A DNA stretch of 58,973 bases from Anaerolineae bacterium (GTDB taxonomy: Bacteria > Chloroflexota > Anaerolineae > J102). The stretch covers positions 1 through 58,973 of the forward strand of contig DRQW01000009.1 of NCBI GenBank assembly GCA_011371305.1. The letters are read 5' to 3'. The position numbers and the translations under genes are program-made. Below are positions 9,289 through 16,901 of the stretch, piece after piece. Within the stretch, counting starts at the first letter, position 1; every line of letters begins with the position of its first letter. A model generated the notes under the pieces. That model was not told where the DNA came from. It saw only the letters and a program-made list of their open reading frames with translations, and did not search any database.

Positions 9289-9513
9289 TTATCCTCCCGG
9301 CAGAAGCAGCATGATCATGGCCGCGACGGCGAAGCCGAGGATGACCATGGTTTCGGGGATAGCAACCAGGAGGATGATGCGACCTGTGATTTCGGGCTTC
9401 TCCGCGATGGCACCTGCGCCAGCCGCGCCGATGCGGCCCTGGGCGTAGCCGGTGCCGAATGCGGTGAAGCCCACGGCCAGGCCCGCGCCGATGGCGATGA
9501 GTCCGAGTTCCAT
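9289..9513 (-). CDS. atpK: A/V-type ATP synthase subunit K (c/proteolipid, single hairpin)
   Basis: 74 aa: MELGLIAIGAGLAVGFTAFGTGYAQGRIGAAGAGAIAEKPEITGRIILLVAIPETMVILGFAVAAMIMLLLPGG. Two TM helices with the carboxylate in the PET motif. Confidence 0.9.
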   Translation of the reverse strand: MELGLIAIGAGLAVGFTAFGTGYAQGRIGAAGAGAIAEKPEITGRIILLVAIPETMVILGFAVAAMIMLLLPGG

Positions 9514-9698
9514 AGGACTGTCTCCTTTTGGAGAGGATTGTGTGACGTAACTGCGAATGTCATTTGGTCAAAAAACTCTTTTGCCACGAATGCACGAAGG
9601 ACATGAAGACACCAACTCATTGATTTTTATTTTTGTCCGTGTCCCTTCGTCTCCGTGTTGAGAAAATTGGAGCTACATTGACGGTTGGATGGGACACA

Positions 9699-11600
9699 TC
9701 ACGCATTATTTTCGGCAGACGCGCCGAAAGGGTGGAAGGACTGCCCGCCTTCTTCGTAAAATTTTGTGAAGAATTCGACATAATGGAGGCGCAGGGCGTG
9801 GATGGAGGGACTGAACGCGCCCATGGCTAGGTTCAAGGTGTGGAAGAGGATGGCGATAAGGACGCCCAGCCAGATGACGCCCATCTTGCCTGCCATGAGG
9901 TTACCCACCAGGGCCAGGTAGACCGATGCCAGGCCAATGGCGGCCAGGCGCAGGTAGGAAAGCACATTGCCCAGCACGCCCAGGAGTTCCACAGGAGCCA
10001 AGAGCGCGCCCACAGAGCCCAGGCCGTAGAGGAGCATGGCCAGGCCCACGATGACAGCAGCCAGGGCCGGGGACATCCACCCGCGAGGAATTTGTTGGGC
10101 GATGATGCCGACCAACAGGAAGAGACCGATGAGTCCCACCAGCTTCCCCGCTCGCTCCCACAATTCATGTTGTTGACGTAGATGCCATGCCTGCCATATC
10201 CCCAGCACCAATCCCAGCACGATGTGCACGGCTCCCAGGGCGATAGTGAACAGAAGCAGGGAGGCCAGTGCGCCGGGCTCGCTACGTTCTCTCCACAGGG
10301 GATGCAGGCCGAAGAGGTGATATCCCAAATCGCCAAAGAACTCGCCGAAAACGAAACCCCAGGCAATGGTCCACAAGGAGCCGATGAGGAGAAAGGTCAT
10401 CAGATCGCGCAGGCCACTGCCGGAGGGGAGGTGGCGTCGGACCAGGAGGACGATGATGAGAAGGGTGAGGCCGTAGCCGATGTCGCCCAGCATGAGCCCG
10501 AAAAAGAGGGGCATGAACAGGGCCATGAGCGCGGTGGGATCGATGGTTCCGTAGCGGGGCAGTGAGAGAAGACGAATGAAGAAGTGGAAGGGGCGGGTGA
10601 GGCGATTGCCTTGAAGCAGCACCGGCGCGTCTCGGGTTTCCTCAGCCGTGGGTGGCAGTTCCTCGATAACCAGCGCTTTGGGGAGGCGGTCCTCCAGGTG
10701 TTGTCGTAAGGTTTCCAGGTGGTCACGAGGTATCCAACCTACCAGCACGAATGCATGCCGGGTTTCGCCCAGCTGTTTGCGCACCTGCAACTGCTCAAGC
10801 CGCTGGCTCAACGTCCGGGCCGCGCCTAGCCAGCGCGCCCGATATCTCCGCGCGGCCTCATGAAGCTGGGCATCGATGGTTTCCAACTCGCGGGGGATCT
10901 CCTCCAGTCGCTGATGGATATGAGCTAATGCATCCTGAAAGGGGACATGTTGCAGTGATTCGGGCAGGGCGATGGGGGTAACTTGCATCCGGCCCAGGAG
11001 TGCATTCATTTTGGGTGCGACCTCGCGCGGGAATACGAGAATCGCTCCGATATGGTCTGGGTCCACTTGATCCCAAACGAGTTCAGTATATGGTCCGGCA
11101 ATGGCCTGCATCTCTTCGGCCAGCATATCCATAAGCCCAACGGCTCGCCGGTCCAGCAACACAGCGACGGTCTCGTACTCGCGCAACTGGGTCAATTCGG
11201 GCGTCAGGCGCATGAGCTTGCTGAGGGTGGCCGCATAACTGGGCAGCACGTCCGCGTCGTTGATGAGTTGTTGGCGCTCTCGAGCCAGGGCTTCCAGATC
11301 GCTCGCGTATGCGTCCAGTTCCGCCTGGATGCGGGGAATGAGGTCTTCTTCGGGCCAGGGTTCAGGTATCTCGTCGGGTAGAGGAGGCAATAGAGCCAGT
11401 AAAGCCTCCAACCTGGACCGAAGATAGGCCAGTATCTCCATCTCCTGCTGTTCCATGATGGCCGCGTAACGGTGCAGGCCAGGATGAACCTGGGCAGCAT
11501 CAATCAGTTGCACACACGCCAGGCGTTGCAGTTCTCGCAAAGTTGCGTCCAGGTCACGCTTATGGCCGACGATCTGAACGCGGGTCATGGGAGTGATCAT
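9699..11600 (-). CDS. atpI: A/V-type ATP synthase subunit I (a-like stator)
   Basis: 633 aa with an N-terminal soluble coiled-coil half and a C-terminal multi-TM half (..LRLAAIGLASVYLA.. / ..HALRLHYVEFFTKFYEG). Confidence 0.9.
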   Translation of the reverse strand: MITPMTRVQIVGHKRDLDATLRELQRLACVQLIDAAQVHPGLHRYAAIMEQQEMEILAYLRSRLEALLALLPPLPDEIPEPWPEEDLIPRIQAELDAYASDLEALARERQQLINDADVLPSYAATLSKLMRLTPELTQLREYETVAVLLDRRAVGLMDMLAEEMQAIAGPYTELVWDQVDPDHIGAILVFPREVAPKMNALLGRMQVTPIALPESLQHVPFQDALAHIHQRLEEIPRELETIDAQLHEAARRYRARWLGAARTLSQRLEQLQVRKQLGETRHAFVLVGWIPRDHLETLRQHLEDRLPKALVIEELPPTAEETRDAPVLLQGNRLTRPFHFFIRLLSLPRYGTIDPTALMALFMPLFFGLMLGDIGYGLTLLIIVLLVRRHLPSGSGLRDLMTFLLIGSLWTIAWGFVFGEFFGDLGYHLFGLHPLWRERSEPGALASLLLFTIALGAVHIVLGLVLGIWQAWHLRQQHELWERAGKLVGLIGLFLLVGIIAQQIPRGWMSPALAAVIVGLAMLLYGLGSVGALLAPVELLGVLGNVLSYLRLAAIGLASVYLALVGNLMAGKMGVIWLGVLIAILFHTLNLAMGAFSPSIHALRLHYVEFFTKFYEEGGQSFHPFGASAENNA

Positions 11601-11640
11601 GACAGGTGTTGTCTCAACACGGATGGAAGAACATGAATAC

Positions 11641-11745
11641 TGTTCCGCAAGTAGCGTTGTTTCATCTGCAAAATCAGCTTCAAGCCCACGTTAGGCGAAG
11701 CGCTAACGAGCGTGAAACGTGAGGACTTACGCATAACACATGAGA
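11641..11745 (+). repeat. Dispersed repeat family, copy A (inside the V-ATPase operon, between the G/H-like and I genes)
   Basis: ..AAAATCAGCTTCAAGCCCACGTTAGGCGAAGCGCTAACGAGCGTGAAACGTGAGGACTTACGCAT.. aligns to the copies at 26684-26855 (inverted), 50485-50600 and 57198-57358. Confidence 0.8.
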
Positions 11746-11746
11746 A

Positions 11747-12097
11747 CTATTCGTTTTGCGCTTCTGGCGAGTTGACATGCGCTTGATTGGGAAGGATGTA
11801 AGCTACGATGCGGGCCGCGGCCTCATCCACCCGCTGAATTAAGTGGTCGCGCAGGTGGTTAGCTTGGGCATCGGCCTGCTTGCGCAGAGCATGGGCTTCT
11901 TCCAGTGCTTGAGCGATGCGATGGCGTTTGAGGGCTTCGGCTTCGGCCAGGGCGTCGCGTTCTGCTTGAACGAGGAGCTTTGCCACTTCTTGTTCGGTTT
12001 TTTCGTCCAGGCTGCGAGCCTGTTGTTGTGCATCCGCAATCCGAGCTTCGGCTTGGCGCTCGGCATCACGGAGTTGAATGAGGATGTCGGTTGGCAT
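11747..12097 (-). CDS. A/V-type ATP synthase small coiled-coil subunit (G/H-like peripheral stalk)
   Basis: 116 aa: MPTDILIQLRDAERQAEARIADAQQQARSLDEKTEQEVAKLLVQAERDAL.... Position immediately before subunit I, as in Thermus-type operons. Confidence 0.7.
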   Translation of the reverse strand: MPTDILIQLRDAERQAEARIADAQQQARSLDEKTEQEVAKLLVQAERDALAEAEALKRHRIAQALEEAHALRKQADAQANHLRDHLIQRVDEAAARIVAYILPNQAHVNSPEAQNE

Positions 12098-12123
12098 GAT
12101 TGATTTCTGCGCGTAGTCATAGA

Positions 12124-12789
12124 CTATGGAGTAAATGACTGCTTAAATTTCGCCCGGTGTGCTCGGCCATGTCGGGCCTTGACCATCTTCAACCGATAAA
12201 TATCTTCCCGTTCGCGTTCGGCCAAACGTAATTCAATGAGCTTTAGCTGTTGTTGCAGTTTTGGCAGTAGGATGTATTCCAATGCATTGACACGGCGGAT
12301 GGTCTCGCGAATGGCTTCGGCCAGACGACGGAGCCGTAATTCATGATTGGCCAAATCCAGCAAAGCTTCGAGTTCAGCTTCAAAAGCTAGGGCGACTGCG
12401 TCCAAACGGGGCGCGCTGTGGGTAGGGCTATGGGGACGATCGCTGGCCGTGCGCACCAGGGCTTTTGGTGCAATGCGCAGGACATGGACGCCCATCACGC
12501 GAGTGGAACCAATTTCCACAGAGATAGGCTTCTGAGCAGCCAGGGCCGCGCTACCGATGGTTTCAGGGCCATCGTGGGCCAGGGCTAGAGCCAATGCACG
12601 ACGCGCGGCCGCGGCCGCCTCGTCCAATGCTTGTTCTTCGGAGAGAACTTCATCCGCGCTGCGGCGTAATTCCTCAATGAGGGCATTGCGTTTCTGTTGC
12701 AACAAGTCACGACCCTTTTTCACCAATTCGATCTGGGCGCGCTTCCGATTCAATTCCGAACGGGTCGGTGTGACTTGCTCAGCGACCAT
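12124..12789 (-). CDS. atpD: A/V-type ATP synthase subunit D (central stalk)
   Basis: 221 aa: MVAEQVTPTRSELNRKRAQIELVKKGRDLLQQKRNALIEELRR.... Classic subunit D N-terminus. Confidence 0.9.
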   Translation of the reverse strand: MVAEQVTPTRSELNRKRAQIELVKKGRDLLQQKRNALIEELRRSADEVLSEEQALDEAAAAARRALALALAHDGPETIGSAALAAQKPISVEIGSTRVMGVHVLRIAPKALVRTASDRPHSPTHSAPRLDAVALAFEAELEALLDLANHELRLRRLAEAIRETIRRVNALEYILLPKLQQQLKLIELRLAEREREDIYRLKMVKARHGRAHRAKFKQSFTP

Positions 12790-12851
12790 AGCTCACCATC
12801 TTCTTGATAAAGTGGCACCCGAATATGTTCATGGACGGCTTTTGAGTTGCA

Positions 12852-12914
12852 GGTGGTGGGTGGCAGGGGACAAGCTTACATTGCGGGCCGGCTTGTCGCC
12901 TGCCACGCACCACC
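12852..12914 (-). promoter_or_regulatory. Long near-perfect hairpin (24-nt arms, 22 of 24 paired) 63-125 nt upstream of atpD
   Basis: GGTGGTGGGTGGCAGGGGACAAGC - 15 nt loop - GCTTGTCGCCTGCCACGCACCACC. No U-tract follows on either strand. Confidence 0.6.
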
Positions 12915-13041
12915 GGCGTCCCAATCCAGTGAGAAATTGAAACCCATAAAGGCTACTTTAATTGTATTAAGAAGGCCGGTTTTTGGCTATGATTTTCATC
13001 ATTTATAAAAAGGAAACGGATGGGTGGAGGCGGGAAAGCAG

Positions 13042-13070
13042 TTGCCGTTGTCTGTTAAGTGGCATAGAAT
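13042..13070 (+). promoter_or_regulatory. Sigma-70-like promoter (TTGCCG-17 nt-TAGAAT) for the TolB-like gene
   Basis: Hexamers at 13042-13047 and 13065-13070, about 40 nt upstream of ATG 13110. Confidence 0.5.
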
Positions 13071-13109
13071 AGTAACCGTCGCTCCATCTCCGAGCGTAGG
13101 AGTTCACCC

Positions 13110-14483
13110 ATGTCGATGCCCTCTTCCGGGAATGCACAGGAGCCAAAGTCGTCCAAAGCCCCTGGCCTGATCATTTTTTTCCTCCTCTTCGTCATCTTGG
13201 TCGGTGGCATTGCACTAATCGAGCATCTGACGCCAGTGAAACCTATTACTGGGGCCCTGGCTGCGGTTGGTCTACGGAAGGATGATACGCCCACATCGGC
13301 GCCTGTGGCCGTGGCTACACGCGTGCCCACCTTTACACCCACTTCTATCCCCCCCGAAGCGGTGCTGCTCCCAACAACCACACCCGTTCCCACACCGATA
13401 CCGTCACCTACACCCACATTGCTACCCACGTCTACCTTCACACCCACTTCTACACCGACCAACACCCCGACACCAACCCCCACGCCGACCGTCACGCCTG
13501 ATGTGCAGGCTACAATCCAGGCCCGGCAACAGGCGACACGTGCAGCCAGTGCCACTGCCCGAGCTCGGGCCACAGCTACCGCCCGGGCCAAACCTGCCAG
13601 AAAAAAGCCGCGAGCTACCCTCCGGCCGGCCATCCCCCCTCTCTCCGGAAGCATCGCATTCCCCGTCTTCGATCCTCGACGGGGCATGTATGACATCTAC
13701 GTCGCCAAGGTGGATGGCTCGGACATGCGAATGGTGATTAGCGAAGCCAGCCAGCCCAGTTGGCGCAAAGATGGTCAGCTTCTGGCTTTTCGTAGTTGGA
13801 AGCACGATGCGCGGGGGTTGGCTATGCTATCTTTTTTGGATGGTCAGACCCAGCGATTTTCCACCTATCTGGAAGACATTTTGCCGCGATGGTCGCCGGA
13901 TGGTGGGGATATCATCTTTTTCTCACGGCGGGAGGCCGATCGCAAGCCCCGGATCTACCGATATAGCGTCCACGGGCGGAATGAGATGGTCTTAAGAGAT
14001 GGTTTGCAGGTGGTGTTCGGAGAATACCCTGCCTGGATGCCCGATGGGCACATTGTGTACCGCCAGGTGTTTCCTCAAGTTGGGCTGGCGATCATGGATG
14101 GCTTCGGTGCGGGCGGGCGCTTGATCCTGGCGGATGAAAGCGCCATCGCACCCATACCCTCCCCGAATGGCCGATACATCGTGTTCATGTCTCAACGTGA
14201 TGGCAATTGGGAGCTCTATCGCATCAATGCGGATGGTTCGGGATTGCGTCGGCTAACGAAAAATGGGGCAAATGATGGGTTGCCCGTGTGGACGGGCGAT
14301 GGAAGCACTATCCTTTTTGTCTCGGATCGTGATGGGGAGTGGGGGGTGTATGCCATGTTCGCGGATGGTAGCCGTCAGCGTCGACTCTTTTTCTTACCAG
14401 GCCCCCTTGACGGCCGGGTTGCTGGTGAGCCTGAGTTCGTCTCGCGCGGGTGGGTGGAAGAAAGCATTTCTTGGATTCCATAA
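13110..14483 (+). CDS. Membrane-anchored TolB-like (PD40/WD40-like) beta-propeller protein with a Pro/Thr-rich linker
   Basis: N-terminal TM (GLIIFFLLFVILVGGIALI), then a PT-rich linker, then repeats such as SWRKDGQLLAF, RWSPDGGDIIFFSRR, PSPNGRYIVFMSQRDGNWELYRINADGSG and WTGDGSTILFVSDRDGEWGVY. Confidence 0.8.
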   Translation: MSMPSSGNAQEPKSSKAPGLIIFFLLFVILVGGIALIEHLTPVKPITGALAAVGLRKDDTPTSAPVAVATRVPTFTPTSIPPEAVLLPTTTPVPTPIPSPTPTLLPTSTFTPTSTPTNTPTPTPTPTVTPDVQATIQARQQATRAASATARARATATARAKPARKKPRATLRPAIPPLSGSIAFPVFDPRRGMYDIYVAKVDGSDMRMVISEASQPSWRKDGQLLAFRSWKHDARGLAMLSFLDGQTQRFSTYLEDILPRWSPDGGDIIFFSRREADRKPRIYRYSVHGRNEMVLRDGLQVVFGEYPAWMPDGHIVYRQVFPQVGLAIMDGFGAGGRLILADESAIAPIPSPNGRYIVFMSQRDGNWELYRINADGSGLRRLTKNGANDGLPVWTGDGSTILFVSDRDGEWGVYAMFADGSRQRRLFFLPGPLDGRVAGEPEFVSRGWVEESISWIP

Positions 14484-14485
14484 GC

Positions 14486-14514
14486 AAAGAAAAGCCCCCT
14501 TCTAGGGAAGGGGG
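14486..14514 (-). terminator. Intrinsic terminator for the DsbA-like gene (8-bp GC stem CCCCCTTC/GAAGGGGG, U-rich tail on the minus strand)
   Basis: Hairpin at 14495-14514, preceded on the plus strand by AAAGAAAAG (a U-tract in minus sense). Lies between two convergent genes. Confidence 0.6.
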
Positions 14515-14547
14515 TAGTACGTACACTTGAAGGCTGAGGGGAGGAGA

Positions 14548-15960
14548 TTATTGCTTTTCCGCCAGGATTTGGTCGATGACTTGTTTGAAAACTTCGAAGG
14601 GTTGCGCGCCGCTAATGAACTGACCGTTGATGAAAAAGGCTGGGGTGCCCTGGACGCCCGCGGCAATGCCTTCGTGCATGTCGGCCAGGATCTCATCCTC
14701 ATATTTGCCGGAATCAAAGCATGCATTGAACGCGTCCATGTTCAATCCCAATTCCTGGGCGAATTGCTTCATGATATTGTTTACGTCAGGGTTTTCATTC
14801 CATTTGTCCCGTTCGGAAAACAGCTTGTCGTGCATCTCCCAATATTGACCCTGCTCCCCAGCACACTCCGCGGCCATGGCTGCGGGCATGGCTTGTTCGT
14901 GGAAGCTAAGGGGGAAGTCTTTGAACACATAGAGCACTTTGCCAGTGTCGATATATTCTTTTTTCAGTTGGGGCATGGTCTGCTGATAATGGCGCAGACA
15001 GAAGGGGCACTGGTAGTCGGAAAATTCCACAATGACCACGGGCGCGTTGGGATCACCGATGGCAGTAACGGTTTCAGGCTCGAAGTCGGTATCGGGGGTG
15101 GGGGAAGGCGTCACTGTGACCACGGTATCGGGCAAGGAACCGGTTTCTTTTTCCTGAAGGAGCGCATCCAGGATCGTGAACAATTCGCTGGCGCTGGTTC
15201 CCTGGTTGATGACGCGACCATCGATGACGAAACCAGGGAGTTCCCGGAATTCCAGTTCGCTGCCATCGAAATAATCTCTTTTGATATCCTCCAGGGTTTC
15301 GTCGTTATCGATGCATGCCTTGAACGCGTCCAGGTTTTCGATGCCGATGGCTTCGCCGCCTGCTTTCACCGCGTCTTTCATGCCCGCGACGTCGGTTTGC
15401 GTGCTCCAGGCTTCGGCGTTGTTGTACAGCCATTCGGCCATTTCATGGAATTTGCCTTGCCTGGCCGCACATTGGGCCGCGATGCTGGCGACGACCGAGG
15501 GATCACCTCCTGCAACGGGAAATTCTTTGTGCACGATGCGAAGCTTGCCCGAGGCGACGTATTCTTCCTGAAGTTGTGGCAGGATCTCGGCTTGGAAGGT
15601 GAGACAATTAGGGTAAGCGTAATCGCACCATTCGTAGAGGGTGAGAGCAGCGTCCTCGCCGCCCAAGGTGGCATCGGGGCGGGGGGCGGGATTGAAACTG
15701 TCCGGTGCTTCGGGAGGGAGGATGACCTTGCCAACGGTCTCTTCCACCGGATGAAAGGTATCTTCCGGGGGGGGAGATGTGGTTGCCACGTCCGGGGTAG
15801 CCTGGGGCTGGGGTCGTTCGGCAACAGGCGTGCTCGTAGGCCCTTGCTGTGGGGCTGTGTCCTGTTCGACCGCGGGGATGGGCTGTTGGCAGGCGCTCAG
15901 GGCCAGTGCCAGGGTCAAAAGGATGAGAATCGGAAGAAGAATTTTGGTTTGGGATGACAT
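14548..15960 (-). CDS. Lipoprotein with two tandem DsbA/thioredoxin-like domains (thiol:disulfide oxidoreductase)
   Basis: MSSQTKILLPILILLTLALALSACQQP has a lipobox (LSAC). Two CxxC motifs (CDYAYPNC region and YQCPFC) each sit in a DsbA-like domain. Start moved to ATG 15960. Confidence 0.8.
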   Translation of the reverse strand: MSSQTKILLPILILLTLALALSACQQPIPAVEQDTAPQQGPTSTPVAERPQPQATPDVATTSPPPEDTFHPVEETVGKVILPPEAPDSFNPAPRPDATLGGEDAALTLYEWCDYAYPNCLTFQAEILPQLQEEYVASGKLRIVHKEFPVAGGDPSVVASIAAQCAARQGKFHEMAEWLYNNAEAWSTQTDVAGMKDAVKAGGEAIGIENLDAFKACIDNDETLEDIKRDYFDGSELEFRELPGFVIDGRVINQGTSASELFTILDALLQEKETGSLPDTVVTVTPSPTPDTDFEPETVTAIGDPNAPVVIVEFSDYQCPFCLRHYQQTMPQLKKEYIDTGKVLYVFKDFPLSFHEQAMPAAMAAECAGEQGQYWEMHDKLFSERDKWNENPDVNNIMKQFAQELGLNMDAFNACFDSGKYEDEILADMHEGIAAGVQGTPAFFINGQFISGAQPFEVFKQVIDQILAEKQ

Positions 15961-16087
15961 AAAGGTGTCCTTAAGTTGAGGGTTAGGGGGTGCGAAAAGG
16001 GCGATAATTGCGATGATACGTAAGTGACGCAACAACAAAGACGATGGTTCCCGGAAAGGCAAAATCCAGGTTCCGCTGGACGCGATT

Positions 16088-16642
16088 TTATTCAAACCGG
16101 ATGTCTGCGCGGCTCAAAGGGGGTAGAGACGCGTCTTTGGTTGAAAGCAGGGGCGGCCCTTCTAATGGCCAGGTGATGGCGATGGTGGGGTCATTCCAGA
16201 GGATGCCGCTGTCCAGTTCGGGGGCATATTCCTCGGTGACCTTGTACGTCACGTCTGCGATGTCGCTGAGGACAAGAAAGCCATGGGCAAAGCCGGGGGG
16301 AACGTAAAGCATGCGATGGTTTTCATCTGAGAGGGTGGCGGCGACCCACTGTCCGAACGTGGGCGAGGAGGGGCGTATGTCCACGGCCACATCGAAGATG
16401 GTCCCGCGCACGACGCGCACGAGTTTCCCCTGGGCCTTGGGGGGATTTTGAAAGTGTAACCCGCGCAGTACCCCACGTACCGAACGGGAATGGTTGTCCT
16501 GGACAAAGGTTTCGGGAATACCGTGGGCCGCAAAGTCCGCATACTTGTAGGTTTCAAGGAAAAACCCGCGAGCATCCGCAAAGACACGCGGCTCGATGAG
16601 GATAACTTCGGGAAGTTCGAGGGGCGTGAAGGTGAAAGGCAT
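16088..16642 (-). CDS. rfbC: dTDP-4-dehydrorhamnose 3,5-epimerase
   Basis: MPFTFTPLELPEVILIEPRVFADARGFFLETYKYADFAAHGIPETFVQDNHSRSVRGVLRGLHFQ... matches the RmlC signature. Confidence 0.9.
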   Translation of the reverse strand: MPFTFTPLELPEVILIEPRVFADARGFFLETYKYADFAAHGIPETFVQDNHSRSVRGVLRGLHFQNPPKAQGKLVRVVRGTIFDVAVDIRPSSPTFGQWVAATLSDENHRMLYVPPGFAHGFLVLSDIADVTYKVTEEYAPELDSGILWNDPTIAITWPLEGPPLLSTKDASLPPLSRADIRFE

Positions 16643-16717
16643 GGTTGGTGCAGTGTACAATTTTCAATGTTGGGTTGGGTAAAGCAGGGTCCAGTATTTA
16701 GCGAGGCGATGAGTGGT

Positions 16718-16768
16718 GCGTAAAACGTGATGCGTAATGCGTCAGCCCTCATGTTTCACGTTTTACGC
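16718..16768. repeat. Perfect 13-nt inverted repeat GCGTAAAACGTGA / TCACGTTTTACGC built from RCGTRAW heptamers
   Basis: Arms at 16718-16730 and 16756-16768, in the divergent region between rfbC and the membrane-protein operon. Confidence 0.7.
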
Positions 16769-16901
16769 ATCCCATTCGTATCGTCTCGGCCACATTGGCC
16801 TGACAGGTCTTGCTTGGGAGCATGTGAACGATTCACGTAACTGTCCAAGTATACACCAGAAGTTCGGAATTGCTCCAAGATCATGCTACAATTTTGACCT
16901 T

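Noticed and set aside
12930-13040. Promoter for the V-ATPase operon in the AT-rich stretch upstream of the long hairpin
   Set aside because: Several -10-like hexamers occur on the minus strand (TAAAGT, TATAAA, TAATAC). None has a convincing -35 at 16-18 nt, so no promoter is called.
14527-15957. 476-aa plus-strand ORF
   Set aside because: Exactly antisense to the DsbA-like lipoprotein, which has a signal peptide, lipobox and CxxC motifs. The plus-frame product has no recognisable features.
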